Positions 28,966-38,254 of a DNA stretch of 64,000 nucleotides are shown piece by piece (the first letter of the stretch is position 1; each line of letters starts with the position of its first letter). The translations under genes were made by a program, and so were the position numbers. This DNA is from an uncultured Fibrobacterota bacterium (GTDB taxonomy: Bacteria > Fibrobacterota > Chitinivibrionia > Chitinivibrionales > FEN-1185). The notes beneath the pieces are model-generated. The model was not told where the DNA came from. It made no database searches and saw only the letters and a program-made list of their open reading frames with translations. The DNA lies in the NCBI GenBank assembly GCA_963729895.1, contig CAVSQB010000005.1, positions 192,001 to 256,000 on the forward strand, written 5' to 3'.

Positions 28966-30555
28966 ATGCCGCAGATGACATTTCGGGTGCGGTTTGTGCC
29001 GGTTCTTGTGATGTGCGTGTTCTCTTTGTCGCACGCGGCCAGCCTTTATGTTTCTGCTTTCGCAAGCACCGCCGGGGACGGCACTCTGGCTCACCCGTTT
29101 TCAACAATCCAGGCAGCCTCGGATTCCACCCATCCTGGAGACACTGTCTTTATCATGGACGGCACGTACACTAACAGTTGGTGGAACGGCACGGTCGTCA
29201 CTATCACCCGTTCCGGTTCTGCTTCCTCATGGATCGTTTACATCGCGTATCCGACCCACCATCCGAAACTGCAATTCAACGGCTGGGGGGGAATTTACAT
29301 CACCGGCGCAAGCTACATTGAAATCAACGGCCTCGAAATCATCGGTAACAACGCCGCCATGGATTCGGCGACGGCCTTTGCGGACAGGGCGGACGGCAAC
29401 AACTGTCTCACGTCAGGCAACGGGATCATGTCGTACCAGAACGGCGCGTCGCCGTACCCTCACCACATTGTCATTCGGAAGTGCACCGTGCACGAGTGCG
29501 GAGGCGGCGGCATCTCAACCCAGACAACAGATTACATCACCGTTGATGAGAATACCGTGTACAACAACGCCTGGTATTCTCCCTACGACTGCAGCGGAAT
29601 TTCGCTGGGTTGGAATTCCAACTACGACAATGACACCACGAACTACAGGGTCTTCGTCCGCGGCAATAGATGCTTTTCAAACAAGAATTGCATTCCTGCC
29701 ATCCAGGGGGGCGGCGTTCCTACCGACGGAGAAGGCATCATCATCGATGTCCAGGACGGGACCGCGGGGAACGTGCCGGCCTACACGGGGCGGATGCTGC
29801 TCGAAAACAACGTGGTATTCAACAACGGGGGAGACGGCATAACGCTTTTCAAGACTAATCACGTGGATGTCATCAATAACACTGCGTACCTCAACGACCA
29901 AACGTCTTCGATAAACCGGGGACAGATTTTTCCTAACCAGGGTAGGAACACAACACTGCTGAACAACATCATGTTTGCTCCTGCAGGCAGATATGTCCTC
30001 CAGGACTGCTGCCCGAACCAGAATCTCACCGTCGATTACAATCTGTATTGGACCAGTGGCGGCAGCCCTTCCGCTTCCCTGATCGGAAAAACCGGGACGC
30101 ATGACAAAAAAGCCGATCCGCTGTTTGTGAACCCTTCGTCCGACCCCCCGGTCGCGGATTTTCATCTTAAGGCTGCGAGCCCTGCCATTGACGCCGGAAC
30201 GTCCGCCGGCGCCCCGGCCACCGATTTCGACGGCAACCCGCGGCCTTCGGGAGGGAGCATTGACATTGGCGCATACGAATACGGCGCAGGCTCGCTCGTG
30301 AGGCCTGTGCGCACCGCCGGGGCGGCGGCATCTCGATCAATCGCGGTAGTCCCGAATCCCAGCGCCGGCAGCGTGCGCATCCGCCTCACCCTTCCCGGCG
30401 ACATTGCGGTATTCACGATGAGCGGTTCGCGCGTTGCCTCATTCACCAATGTTGCCGCAGCCGACTGGAAGCCAGCCTCGGCATCCGGCATGTACCTTGT
30501 CATGGCGACAGTCTACGGCGAGCTTGTGAGCACAAAGGTGCCGATGCTCAAATAG
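28966..30555 (+). CDS. Secreted right-handed beta-helix (pectin-lyase-like) protein with choice-of-anchor-Q-like region and T9SS-type C-terminal domain
   Basis: GDGTLAHPFSTIQAA, PGDTV, TDGEGIIID, DFHLKAASPAIDAG, IDIGAYE; C-terminal VVPNPSAG...SGMYLV. Confidence 0.85.
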   Translation: MPQMTFRVRFVPVLVMCVFSLSHAASLYVSAFASTAGDGTLAHPFSTIQAASDSTHPGDTVFIMDGTYTNSWWNGTVVTITRSGSASSWIVYIAYPTHHPKLQFNGWGGIYITGASYIEINGLEIIGNNAAMDSATAFADRADGNNCLTSGNGIMSYQNGASPYPHHIVIRKCTVHECGGGGISTQTTDYITVDENTVYNNAWYSPYDCSGISLGWNSNYDNDTTNYRVFVRGNRCFSNKNCIPAIQGGGVPTDGEGIIIDVQDGTAGNVPAYTGRMLLENNVVFNNGGDGITLFKTNHVDVINNTAYLNDQTSSINRGQIFPNQGRNTTLLNNIMFAPAGRYVLQDCCPNQNLTVDYNLYWTSGGSPSASLIGKTGTHDKKADPLFVNPSSDPPVADFHLKAASPAIDAGTSAGAPATDFDGNPRPSGGSIDIGAYEYGAGSLVRPVRTAGAAASRSIAVVPNPSAGSVRIRLTLPGDIAVFTMSGSRVASFTNVAAADWKPASASGMYLVMATVYGELVSTKVPMLK

Positions 30556-30587
30556 GATGCGTAGCTGAACGTCTGTCAAGATCCTCT

Positions 30588-31162
30588 TTGACCGCCGTGC
30601 CCGGCTCAAGCACCACCGGCGGGGGCCCGCTCTCTCCCGTTTATTACGCCTCATGGTTCGATGCCGTGCTGTTTTGCAACGTAAAAAGCAAGTTGGACGG
30701 CCTGGACACGGTCTATTCCCATGCCGCCGTATCCCAAAACCGGATGGGCCTTGACATCATGCTTGGCTGGAAAATCCGCCGGACATCGAAGGCCTCGATT
30801 CCTGGCCGGACATCGGCCAAATTTGTCTGGGAAACCTGGATTTCCTGCGGGTCCTTGCACAGTTTCTTGCGCAAAGACAGATACACCTCCTCATGGTCGT
30901 CACTCCCGAAAGCCCGTTTTACCGCAGCACGGCGGCTTATACCCGCTATGGCCCGCTGCGACAGGACGGCCAGACGCTCGTGGCAATGCTTGACACAATG
31001 ACATTCAACAACCTGTACTGCCATTTCTACGATGCAAATCAGGGCGGCAATCACGATTGCGCTGATTCCGAAGCGAGCGATTGGGACCGCCTGTGCGACG
31101 CGGGCGCACGAAAACTCAGCCAGCGGCTCGATTCGCTTATTCGCGTGATATTGAAATTTTGA
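30588..31162 (+). pseudogene. Degraded remnant of an FGE-sulfatase-domain / TIGR02171-like gene
   Basis: SPVYYASWFDAVLFCNVKSKLDGLDTVYS in one frame and DANQGGNHD...GARKLSQRLDSLI in another; large internal deletion, no good start. Confidence 0.6.
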
Positions 31163-31314
31163 CTCGTTTCCGTTCCGGCCTCACGCGTGTGGTGCGCCAA
31201 CCCGCCAAAGCCCCCGCAGGCGGGCGCAATCGGCAATCAGTTCATAATTTTCTGTGTGACCGCCCGTGACAGATTTTAAATTGATAGCTTGTCTTTCTTC
31301 ATCCGGGAGCAACA

Positions 31315-33096
31315 ATGAAAGCGCTTATTCTCGCCGCGGGTTACGGAAACCGCATGCGGCCGCTCACCGACAACCTGCATAAGACCCTGATTGAAGTCGG
31401 CGGCAAACCCATTATCGACCGCATCATCGACGGTCTCACTGCCAACGACGTCAGAGATATTGTCGTGGTGACAGGCTACCGGCATGAGGAACTGCGAGAC
31501 CACCTGCTCAGGACCCACCCGTCTCTCAAATTTTCGTTTGTCCACAATGAACGTTATCGCGAAACCAATAATATTTTTTCCATGTCGCTGGCGCTGGAGT
31601 CCGTGGCGATCGACGACGACATCATCCTGATTGAATCGGACCTGGTGTTTCATCCCTCAGTCATCAGCCGCTTGCTGCGTAATCAGCACCCCACGGTTGC
31701 GCTCGTGGACCGCTTTCGCAGCGGTATGGACGGTACCGTGGTCGCGGTTGAAAACGGCGTGATCACTTCGGTGATCCCTCCTCACCTCCAATCGGACACG
31801 TTTGATTATTCCGACAAATATAAAACGCTCAATATCTACAAGTTTTCAAAGGCATTCTGCGCGACAACGTTTAAGAAGCTGCTGACCTACTACGCCACCA
31901 CGATAGACGCCAATTGCTACTATGAGCTTATTCTCGGGATCCTCATTTACATGCAGCGGGAAACCATCTATGCCGAGATCGTCGACGGAGAATCGTGGGC
32001 CGAAATCGACGATCCCAACGATCTGCAAAACGCCGAATTCATTTTCAACATCGAACGCAAAGGCATTTTGGAGGGGTCCTTCGGCGGCTATTGGAACCAT
32101 GACTTCATCGATTTCTGCTTTATCCGAAACATGTACTTCCCGCCGCCGGCAATCATTTCGGAGATGAAAAATGTCCTGCCGCGCCTGATACATAATTACG
32201 GCTCCCGGCAGGAGAAACTGAATCAGAAGCTCGCTTGGTTCCTGCTGTGTCGGCCCCAGTGTGTTTTTCTTCTGAACGGCGCATCTCAGGTCTACCCTCT
32301 CCTGCGCGAATACCATGCCGGCAAGAAAATGCTTATCCCGGCGCCTACCTTCGGCGAGTACCAGCGGTGCTTTCCCGAATCTGCCACCTACTCAGATGCG
32401 GTAGGCGTGGATACCACTGCTGTGACCGCGGCGTCCCAAGCCGCCGACTGTATCGTATTTGTCAATCCAAACAATCCCAGCGGGACAACAATCGCAAGCG
32501 AATGGATTTTTGCGTTTGCCCGGTCGAATCCGCTCAAGACTGTGATCGTGGATGAGTCGTTCATAGAGTTTTCGGGAATGCCATCGCTTCTCTCTCTGCT
32601 CGAAAAGGAAACGCTGCCCAACGTGATCGTGATAAAGAGCCTCAGCAAGTCGCTCGGAATTCCAGGAATCCGCCTTGGTTATACCTACTCGTGCAACCAC
32701 GATTACTTAGCGTATATCAACAAACATACTCCCATCTGGAACATCAATTCCCTTGCCGAATTCACTCTCGAGATCATCCTCAAATACCGCAAGGAGCTTG
32801 CTCAGTCATTTTTGGACACCAGACGCGACCGTGAGAATTTTGCGGCCATGCTGGCAGCTTCGCGTTGCGTTGACCATGTGTTCCCCAGCGGCGGCAACTA
32901 TCTTCTTGTAAAGCTATCGGCACGGGTGCCTTCGGCCCCGCACGCGGTCGACCGGCTCCTGGAACTTGGCGTCTACGTAAAAGACGTTTCCGGCAAATTC
33001 GGCGGCCGGGGGAACTACCTGCGCGTCGCCGTCCGGCTTCCGGACGAAAACGCGCTCTTCGCCGATCGCCTCGAAAAGCTGGCACCCGGGACATAG
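31315..33096 (+). CDS. Bifunctional LicC-like cytidylyltransferase / PLP-dependent class I-II aminotransferase-decarboxylase (HisC/CobD-like)
   Basis: ILAAGYGNRMRPLT, YRETNNIFS, WAEIDDPNDL; NPNNPSG, VDESFIEF, KSLSKSLGIPGIRLGY. Confidence 0.88.
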   Translation: MKALILAAGYGNRMRPLTDNLHKTLIEVGGKPIIDRIIDGLTANDVRDIVVVTGYRHEELRDHLLRTHPSLKFSFVHNERYRETNNIFSMSLALESVAIDDDIILIESDLVFHPSVISRLLRNQHPTVALVDRFRSGMDGTVVAVENGVITSVIPPHLQSDTFDYSDKYKTLNIYKFSKAFCATTFKKLLTYYATTIDANCYYELILGILIYMQRETIYAEIVDGESWAEIDDPNDLQNAEFIFNIERKGILEGSFGGYWNHDFIDFCFIRNMYFPPPAIISEMKNVLPRLIHNYGSRQEKLNQKLAWFLLCRPQCVFLLNGASQVYPLLREYHAGKKMLIPAPTFGEYQRCFPESATYSDAVGVDTTAVTAASQAADCIVFVNPNNPSGTTIASEWIFAFARSNPLKTVIVDESFIEFSGMPSLLSLLEKETLPNVIVIKSLSKSLGIPGIRLGYTYSCNHDYLAYINKHTPIWNINSLAEFTLEIILKYRKELAQSFLDTRRDRENFAAMLAASRCVDHVFPSGGNYLLVKLSARVPSAPHAVDRLLELGVYVKDVSGKFGGRGNYLRVAVRLPDENALFADRLEKLAPGT

Positions 33097-33099
33097 CCC

Positions 33100-33942
33100 A
33101 TGGTGGTAAGCCTTGTCACCATTTCGATTGTCGGGCTGGCCGCGGGCATTCTTTTCTCGATGCCGGTAATCGGGCCCGTGAGCATACTCGTCGTTTCGCA
33201 CGCACTCAAAGGTCATCTGCGGTATTGTTTCGGTGCAGCACTCGGTGCATCGATCGTGGATTTGACCGTCTGTTTTCTTGCGGTAAACGGGGTTGCTAGG
33301 CTGTTCGGCCTGTATGTCGGTGCAATTCCCTATGTTCTGCTTGCGGCATCGGCTGTTATCTTTTTCCTCGGCATCAAGATCATGCGCACCCGGTTCAACA
33401 TAGACGGCATGAGTGGTGCGGAGCCGGAGCAAAAACCGGCAGGGAAGATCCGGGGCAGGAACGCATTTCTAAAAGGATTGTTTCTGAATGCCTCGAACCC
33501 TTTGCTTTTTTTCGGCTGGCTTACTGCATCTTTCCTGGTACTGTCGCTTGTTGCGTCGTGGGGTCTTTCCGTGGGCGGCTTGGACACCATGGTTGTCCAT
33601 AGCGTGGGTGAAGTCAAACAGTATGCGGCAACCCACTCTTCAGGCGGGGCTATTATCTCCTTGGTAAAGCCTGCCGTCGCGGCATCTTCCGGCGGCGAAT
33701 TGGGAACAAGGCCAAAACCGTATTCCAGGAGTTTTCAACTTGTCTTCTGCGTTTGCTATGCCGTCTGCGTGGCGTTCGGCACCAACGTATGGTTCTGGAG
33801 CTTTAGTTACTTTTTAGTGCGAAACCGTCTCCGATTGAGGATCGGCCTTATCAGCAGGATAATTCAAACTCTCGGCATATTCCTGTGCGGATTTTCCCTC
33901 TATATCCTGGGGCGGGGGATCGGCATGTTGCTTCACGCTTGA
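33100..33942 (+). CDS. LysE-family membrane transporter
   Basis: SMPVIGPVSILVV, GAALGASIVD, FLKGLFLNASNP. Confidence 0.8.
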   Translation: MVVSLVTISIVGLAAGILFSMPVIGPVSILVVSHALKGHLRYCFGAALGASIVDLTVCFLAVNGVARLFGLYVGAIPYVLLAASAVIFFLGIKIMRTRFNIDGMSGAEPEQKPAGKIRGRNAFLKGLFLNASNPLLFFGWLTASFLVLSLVASWGLSVGGLDTMVVHSVGEVKQYAATHSSGGAIISLVKPAVAASSGGELGTRPKPYSRSFQLVFCVCYAVCVAFGTNVWFWSFSYFLVRNRLRLRIGLISRIIQTLGIFLCGFSLYILGRGIGMLLHA

Positions 33943-33969
33943 CACATTGCCGGCGACAGGGGAGGCTCG

Positions 33970-34857
33970 GTGAATCAGACATCCCTTTTTACCGAATTTA
34001 AGAAATCATTGAAGGACCCGTCTGCCGAGGAGCTGGTCGATCTCGCGATGTACCGCCCGCTTGGCTTCCTATTAGTGAAGGTCCTTTATCCCTTTCCGGT
34101 CACGCCCAACCAGATAACGTTCGTTGCCATGGTCGCCGGAATAACCGGTGGTTTCTTTTTTGCAAAAGGGGACCGGTTCGATTTTGCCGTTGGAGCGCTC
34201 TTGTACGGGTTGGCCAATATCCTGGATTGCTGCGACGGCATGATCGCCCGCCTCAAGAACAACGGCACCAAAACGGGCCGGATAATCGACGGAGCAGTCG
34301 ATTATGTTACCAGCGCCTCCGTGTATGCCGGATTTGCCGTGGGGCTGTCTCGGGCGATGGAGCGCGGGACCCTGCACCTGCCGTTTAACGCATGGCTGTT
34401 GGTGATGGCTGCCGCAATCAGCACTGCTCTTCATGCCATATACAGCGATTCCAGCCGAAACGCTTATTTAGAATTGCAACATTCCTCGTCACCGGTGAGC
34501 CCCGAAAACGAGCGGGAAAGCTGGAACGCCGAACTGGGCCGCCTCGATCTTCGCAGAGGACACACCCTCGACAAGCTCCTCATCAGGGTGTATCTTGCCT
34601 ATATGCGGTTGCAATCCGGCAGGCCTTGGCGTTCCCCGGATGCAACACCCGCACCGGTCAGTCGCGCCACGGTCATTCTCTGGAACCTTATCGGCCCCTC
34701 CACCCATATTTCTTTTCTTATCACGGCGGCCCTTCTTTACCGGCCGGCTGTTTTCTTCGTTTTTACTATTGTTCTTGCAAATTGCTGGATGATCTTTTTG
34801 TTCCTCAGGAAGACGTTTTCAAAGCCCGTCGGTAAGCCGGCGGCCTTGGGGAAGTAA
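33970..34857 (+). CDS. CDP-alcohol phosphotransferase
   Basis: TPNQIT and full signature DCCDGMIARLKNNGTKTGRIIDGAVD. Confidence 0.92.
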   Translation: MNQTSLFTEFKKSLKDPSAEELVDLAMYRPLGFLLVKVLYPFPVTPNQITFVAMVAGITGGFFFAKGDRFDFAVGALLYGLANILDCCDGMIARLKNNGTKTGRIIDGAVDYVTSASVYAGFAVGLSRAMERGTLHLPFNAWLLVMAAAISTALHAIYSDSSRNAYLELQHSSSPVSPENERESWNAELGRLDLRRGHTLDKLLIRVYLAYMRLQSGRPWRSPDATPAPVSRATVILWNLIGPSTHISFLITAALLYRPAVFFVFTIVLANCWMIFLFLRKTFSKPVGKPAALGK

Positions 34858-34987
34858 CGGATTGTGCGTCGAGTGTTTGGATATTATGAGAGGGTAATGA
34901 ATTTATTTGATTAAAAACTAACGGACCATTTTTGCGTTTATTATTTTTTCTCACTTCTGTTCTGGAGAGGTCATCTGAGAAAGGGAC

Positions 34988-36202
34988 ATGCGGGCGGATA
35001 TGAAAAAAGTGCAACTTCCCTGGATGGATAAAGCCGTGGAGTTTACGGAGGCGGAACGAGTCAAGGCCCTGGATCTATATCCCTATTTCCGGCCGATCCA
35101 ATCCGACCAGGATACGGAGGTGCTCCTCGACGGCAAAAAGGTCCTCATGTTCGGTTCCAACAGTTATCTGGGGCTCACCTGCCATCCGAAGGTCAAAGAA
35201 GGCGCCATAAGCGCCATTCGTAAGTATGGCACCGGCTGCGGCGGCTCCCCGTTTCTCAACGGTACCCTCGACATCCATATCGAATGTCAGGAACGCTTGG
35301 CGCAATTTGTCCATAAAGAAGCGGCGCTCTTGTTTTCCACCGGCATGCAAGCAAACCTGGGCGCGATATCCGCCATGACGGGCCGCGACGAATACGTGAT
35401 TCTCGACAAGTTCGACCACGCCAGCATCGTCGATGGAGCGCGGCTGGGCCTTGGCCGGGTCACCCGTTTTCAGCACAACAACCTCGAAAGTCTTGACCGT
35501 GCCCTTGCCGGGTGTAATCCCGAAAGGGGCAAATTGATCGTGGTAGATGGGGTCTTCAGCATGCACGGCGATATAGCGCCCCTTCCGGCCATCGTCGATC
35601 TTGCGGAAAAGTACGATGCAGGGGTCATGGTTGACGACGCTCATGGGATCGGTGTTCTGGGCGAGCAGGGCCAAGGAACGTGCGATCATTTCGGCCTTAC
35701 CGACCGCGTCGACATAATCATGGGGACATTCAGCAAGTCATTGGCTACGGTAGGGGGATTTATCGCCGCCGACCTGACGGTCATCGACTATCTCAAACAT
35801 CATGCCCGGGCCCTCATTTTCAGCGCCAGCATCGCGCCGGCAAATGTCGGCGCCGTGATGGCCGCCCTTGATATCATCAATTCCGAACCGGAGCGCATCG
35901 AGCAGCTCTGGGCGAATTCAAAACGCATGACCGGCGGTCTCCGGTCTATCGGCTACAATTTGGGCGCTACCGAGACGCCCATTCTTCCGGTCTTCATCGG
36001 CGACGATCTCACCTGTTTCAAGATGTGCCGGATGCTCCAGGATGAGGGCGTCTTCGTCAGCCCCGTTATCAGCCCGGCCGTGGAAGTCGGGCACTCCCTC
36101 ATGCGGGTGAGCCTGATGGCAACGCACACCTTCCCGCAGATCGACCGGGCAATCGACAAATTCAGAGTGGTCGGCAAGAAATTGGGTATCATTAAAGGCT
36201 AA
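34988..36202 (+). CDS. spt: Serine palmitoyltransferase (alpha-oxoamine synthase family)
   Basis: YPYFRPI-SDQDTEV, MFGSNSYLGL, FLNGTLDIH, DHASIVDG, DDAHG, GTFSKS; adjacent bCerS- and KDSR-like genes. Confidence 0.85.
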   Translation: MRADMKKVQLPWMDKAVEFTEAERVKALDLYPYFRPIQSDQDTEVLLDGKKVLMFGSNSYLGLTCHPKVKEGAISAIRKYGTGCGGSPFLNGTLDIHIECQERLAQFVHKEAALLFSTGMQANLGAISAMTGRDEYVILDKFDHASIVDGARLGLGRVTRFQHNNLESLDRALAGCNPERGKLIVVDGVFSMHGDIAPLPAIVDLAEKYDAGVMVDDAHGIGVLGEQGQGTCDHFGLTDRVDIIMGTFSKSLATVGGFIAADLTVIDYLKHHARALIFSASIAPANVGAVMAALDIINSEPERIEQLWANSKRMTGGLRSIGYNLGATETPILPVFIGDDLTCFKMCRMLQDEGVFVSPVISPAVEVGHSLMRVSLMATHTFPQIDRAIDKFRVVGKKLGIIKG

Positions 36203-36217
36203 GAAGGCTCGTTTGAT

Positions 36218-37345
36218 ATGTCCTTGTCCGTTCGCGAAGTGCTGACGCCAAAAGACAAAGACCGCTTCATCAAGCTTCCCTGGAACATTTACAAAAACGA
36301 CCCGCTCTGGGTGCCGCCCCTGCTGATCGACCGAAAAACGTTTCTCGATCCTCACAAGAACCCATTCTTTAAGAGCGCCTCGGTAAAACTGTTTCTTGCA
36401 ACAAAGGACAACGGGACCGTTGTCGGGCGTATAGCGGGTATTGTCAGCCGCAACCATCTCAAAACGCACAACGATGGCGCCGGTTTCTGGGGCCTGTTCG
36501 AGTGCGTCGACGACAAGGAAGCCGCAAACCTGCTGTTCAACGCGGTTGCCGCTTTTTTGCGCGGCCAGGGCATGCGCACCATGCGCGGACCCATCAGCAT
36601 GAACATCAACGACGAAATCGGTTTGCTCATCGACGGTTTCACGACTCCGCCGGTCGTGATGATGCCGCACAATCCGGCGTATTACGAGACATTGGTAAAC
36701 TCGTACGGTTTCAAGAAAGAAATCGATTGGTATGCCTACTATAAAGAAGAACCGGGGCGCACGGTCCCAGAGCGGCTCAGCCGTGGGGTAGAGCTCGCAA
36801 AGAAACGTTATGACCTCAAAATCCGTCCCGTCAACATGAAACACTTCGATGACGAAGTCTTGAATGTCAAAACGGTATACAACACCGCCTGGGAGAAAAA
36901 CTGGGGCGCGGTGGCCTTTACCGATGAGGAGTTCGAACATCTTGCCAAGGATTTAAAACTGGTTTTGGATCCTCGCCTGGCGCTTATCGCCGAAGTCGGC
37001 GGTAAAATCGCGGGCGTTTCCATCGCCCTGCCAGATATCAACCAGGCGCTCAAGCACATCAAAGACGGACGGCTCCTGCCGTTCGGGATCCTAAAATTGC
37101 TCTGGTACAAGCGCAAAGTGGACATGATCCGCTTGGTCATCATGGGCGTTCTCCCGGAATACCGGCACATGGGCATTGATACCTGTTTTGTTCACGACAC
37201 CTATGTGAACGGACTCGCCCGGGGCATCTGGCGTTGCGAAATGTCACAGATCCTTGAGACCAACGTCCCCATGAACAACGCCCTTGTCAAGCTCGGGGCG
37301 CGTATTTACAAAACGTACAGGATTTACCGCTGCGCCCTCTCGTAA
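36218..37345 (+). CDS. Tandem GNAT N-acyltransferase, bacterial ceramide synthase (bCerS/YghO)-like
   Basis: FIKLPWNIYKNDPLWVPPL, GRIAG, GLLIDGF, MMPHNPAYY, AWEKNWG, ALPDINQ, GVLPEYRHMG, ILETN. Confidence 0.82.
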   Translation: MSLSVREVLTPKDKDRFIKLPWNIYKNDPLWVPPLLIDRKTFLDPHKNPFFKSASVKLFLATKDNGTVVGRIAGIVSRNHLKTHNDGAGFWGLFECVDDKEAANLLFNAVAAFLRGQGMRTMRGPISMNINDEIGLLIDGFTTPPVVMMPHNPAYYETLVNSYGFKKEIDWYAYYKEEPGRTVPERLSRGVELAKKRYDLKIRPVNMKHFDDEVLNVKTVYNTAWEKNWGAVAFTDEEFEHLAKDLKLVLDPRLALIAEVGGKIAGVSIALPDINQALKHIKDGRLLPFGILKLLWYKRKVDMIRLVIMGVLPEYRHMGIDTCFVHDTYVNGLARGIWRCEMSQILETNVPMNNALVKLGARIYKTYRIYRCALS

Positions 37346-37380
37346 ACGGCGCACGCCCCGTCAACCGCCAGGAGGTTCGC

Positions 37381-38211
37381 GTGGAGTGGTACAAAGGCAA
37401 GAAAGTCGTCGTCACGGGCGGTTCCAGCGGCATCGGCAAGGCAGCCGCATGCTGGTGTGCCAAGTGGGGCGCCCACGTGTGCATCATCGGCCGCGATGCG
37501 ACGCGCCTCGATGCCGCTGTGCGGGAAATCAAGGCCTGCGCAAACGCCGAGTCCGAAGTCCTCGCGGTTTCCGCAGACGTCTCCGACCGCTCCGCACTCA
37601 AGGCCGCGGCATCCGATATTGTCAAGCGTCTTGGCGGAATCGACGTGCTTATCAACTGCGCCGGGATAACCTTCCCCGCGTACGTCAATGAGACGCCCGA
37701 CCGCATCTGGGACGACATGATGGCCGTCGATTACATGGGTACGGTCAATGCCGTGCGTTCTTTTCTGCCGGTGTTCATGAAGCAGAAATACGGCGCTATC
37801 GGCAATGTCGCTTCGGTGCTGGGCTACATGGGCGTGTTCGGGTATGCCGCTTATGGAGCGGCCAAATATGCCGTTGTCGGATTTTCCGAATGCCTGCGCC
37901 AGGATCTGCTCCCGTACAATGTCAGCGTCACGGTGGCGTATCCGCCCGACACCGATACTCCCCAATGGCACGCGGAAAACAAGATCAAACCGCCCGAAAC
38001 GCGCGCCTTGGCCGGCACGATCAAAGTCATGCGGCCCGAGGACGTTTCTCTCTTATTTCTAAAGGGCGTTGCCAAAGGGAAATTCAACAGTGTGCCGGGC
38101 GCGATGAACAAACTGACCTATTTCCTCAGCAGGCATCTGCCTGCAGTGGTGTGGATGATCGTTTCCGGCGAACTGCGGAAATACTGGAAGAAGCATCCGT
38201 CACAACAGTGA
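37381..38211 (+). CDS. Classical SDR, 3-ketodihydrosphingosine reductase (KDSR/Tsc10)-like
   Basis: [15 protein letters not shown], YGAAK and the KDSR-type motif [9 protein letters not shown]-x4-ENKIKPPET. Confidence 0.85.
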   Translation: [276 protein letters not shown]

Positions 38212-38254
38212 CAGCCGGGTGTACCATGACCAAAACAGCGGAGAAAAGATCGCC

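Noticed and set aside
31315..33096. Phosphonate (PntC-AEP transaminase) or cobalamin CobD role
   Set aside because: The PLP domain is class I/II rather than class V, and there are no pepM/ppd or cob genes in the window
34988..36202. BioF or Kbl assignment
   Set aside because: No biotin or tdh genes nearby; YPYF/FLNGTLDIH/GTFSKS features and the bCerS/KDSR neighbours favour Spt, though this is not proven
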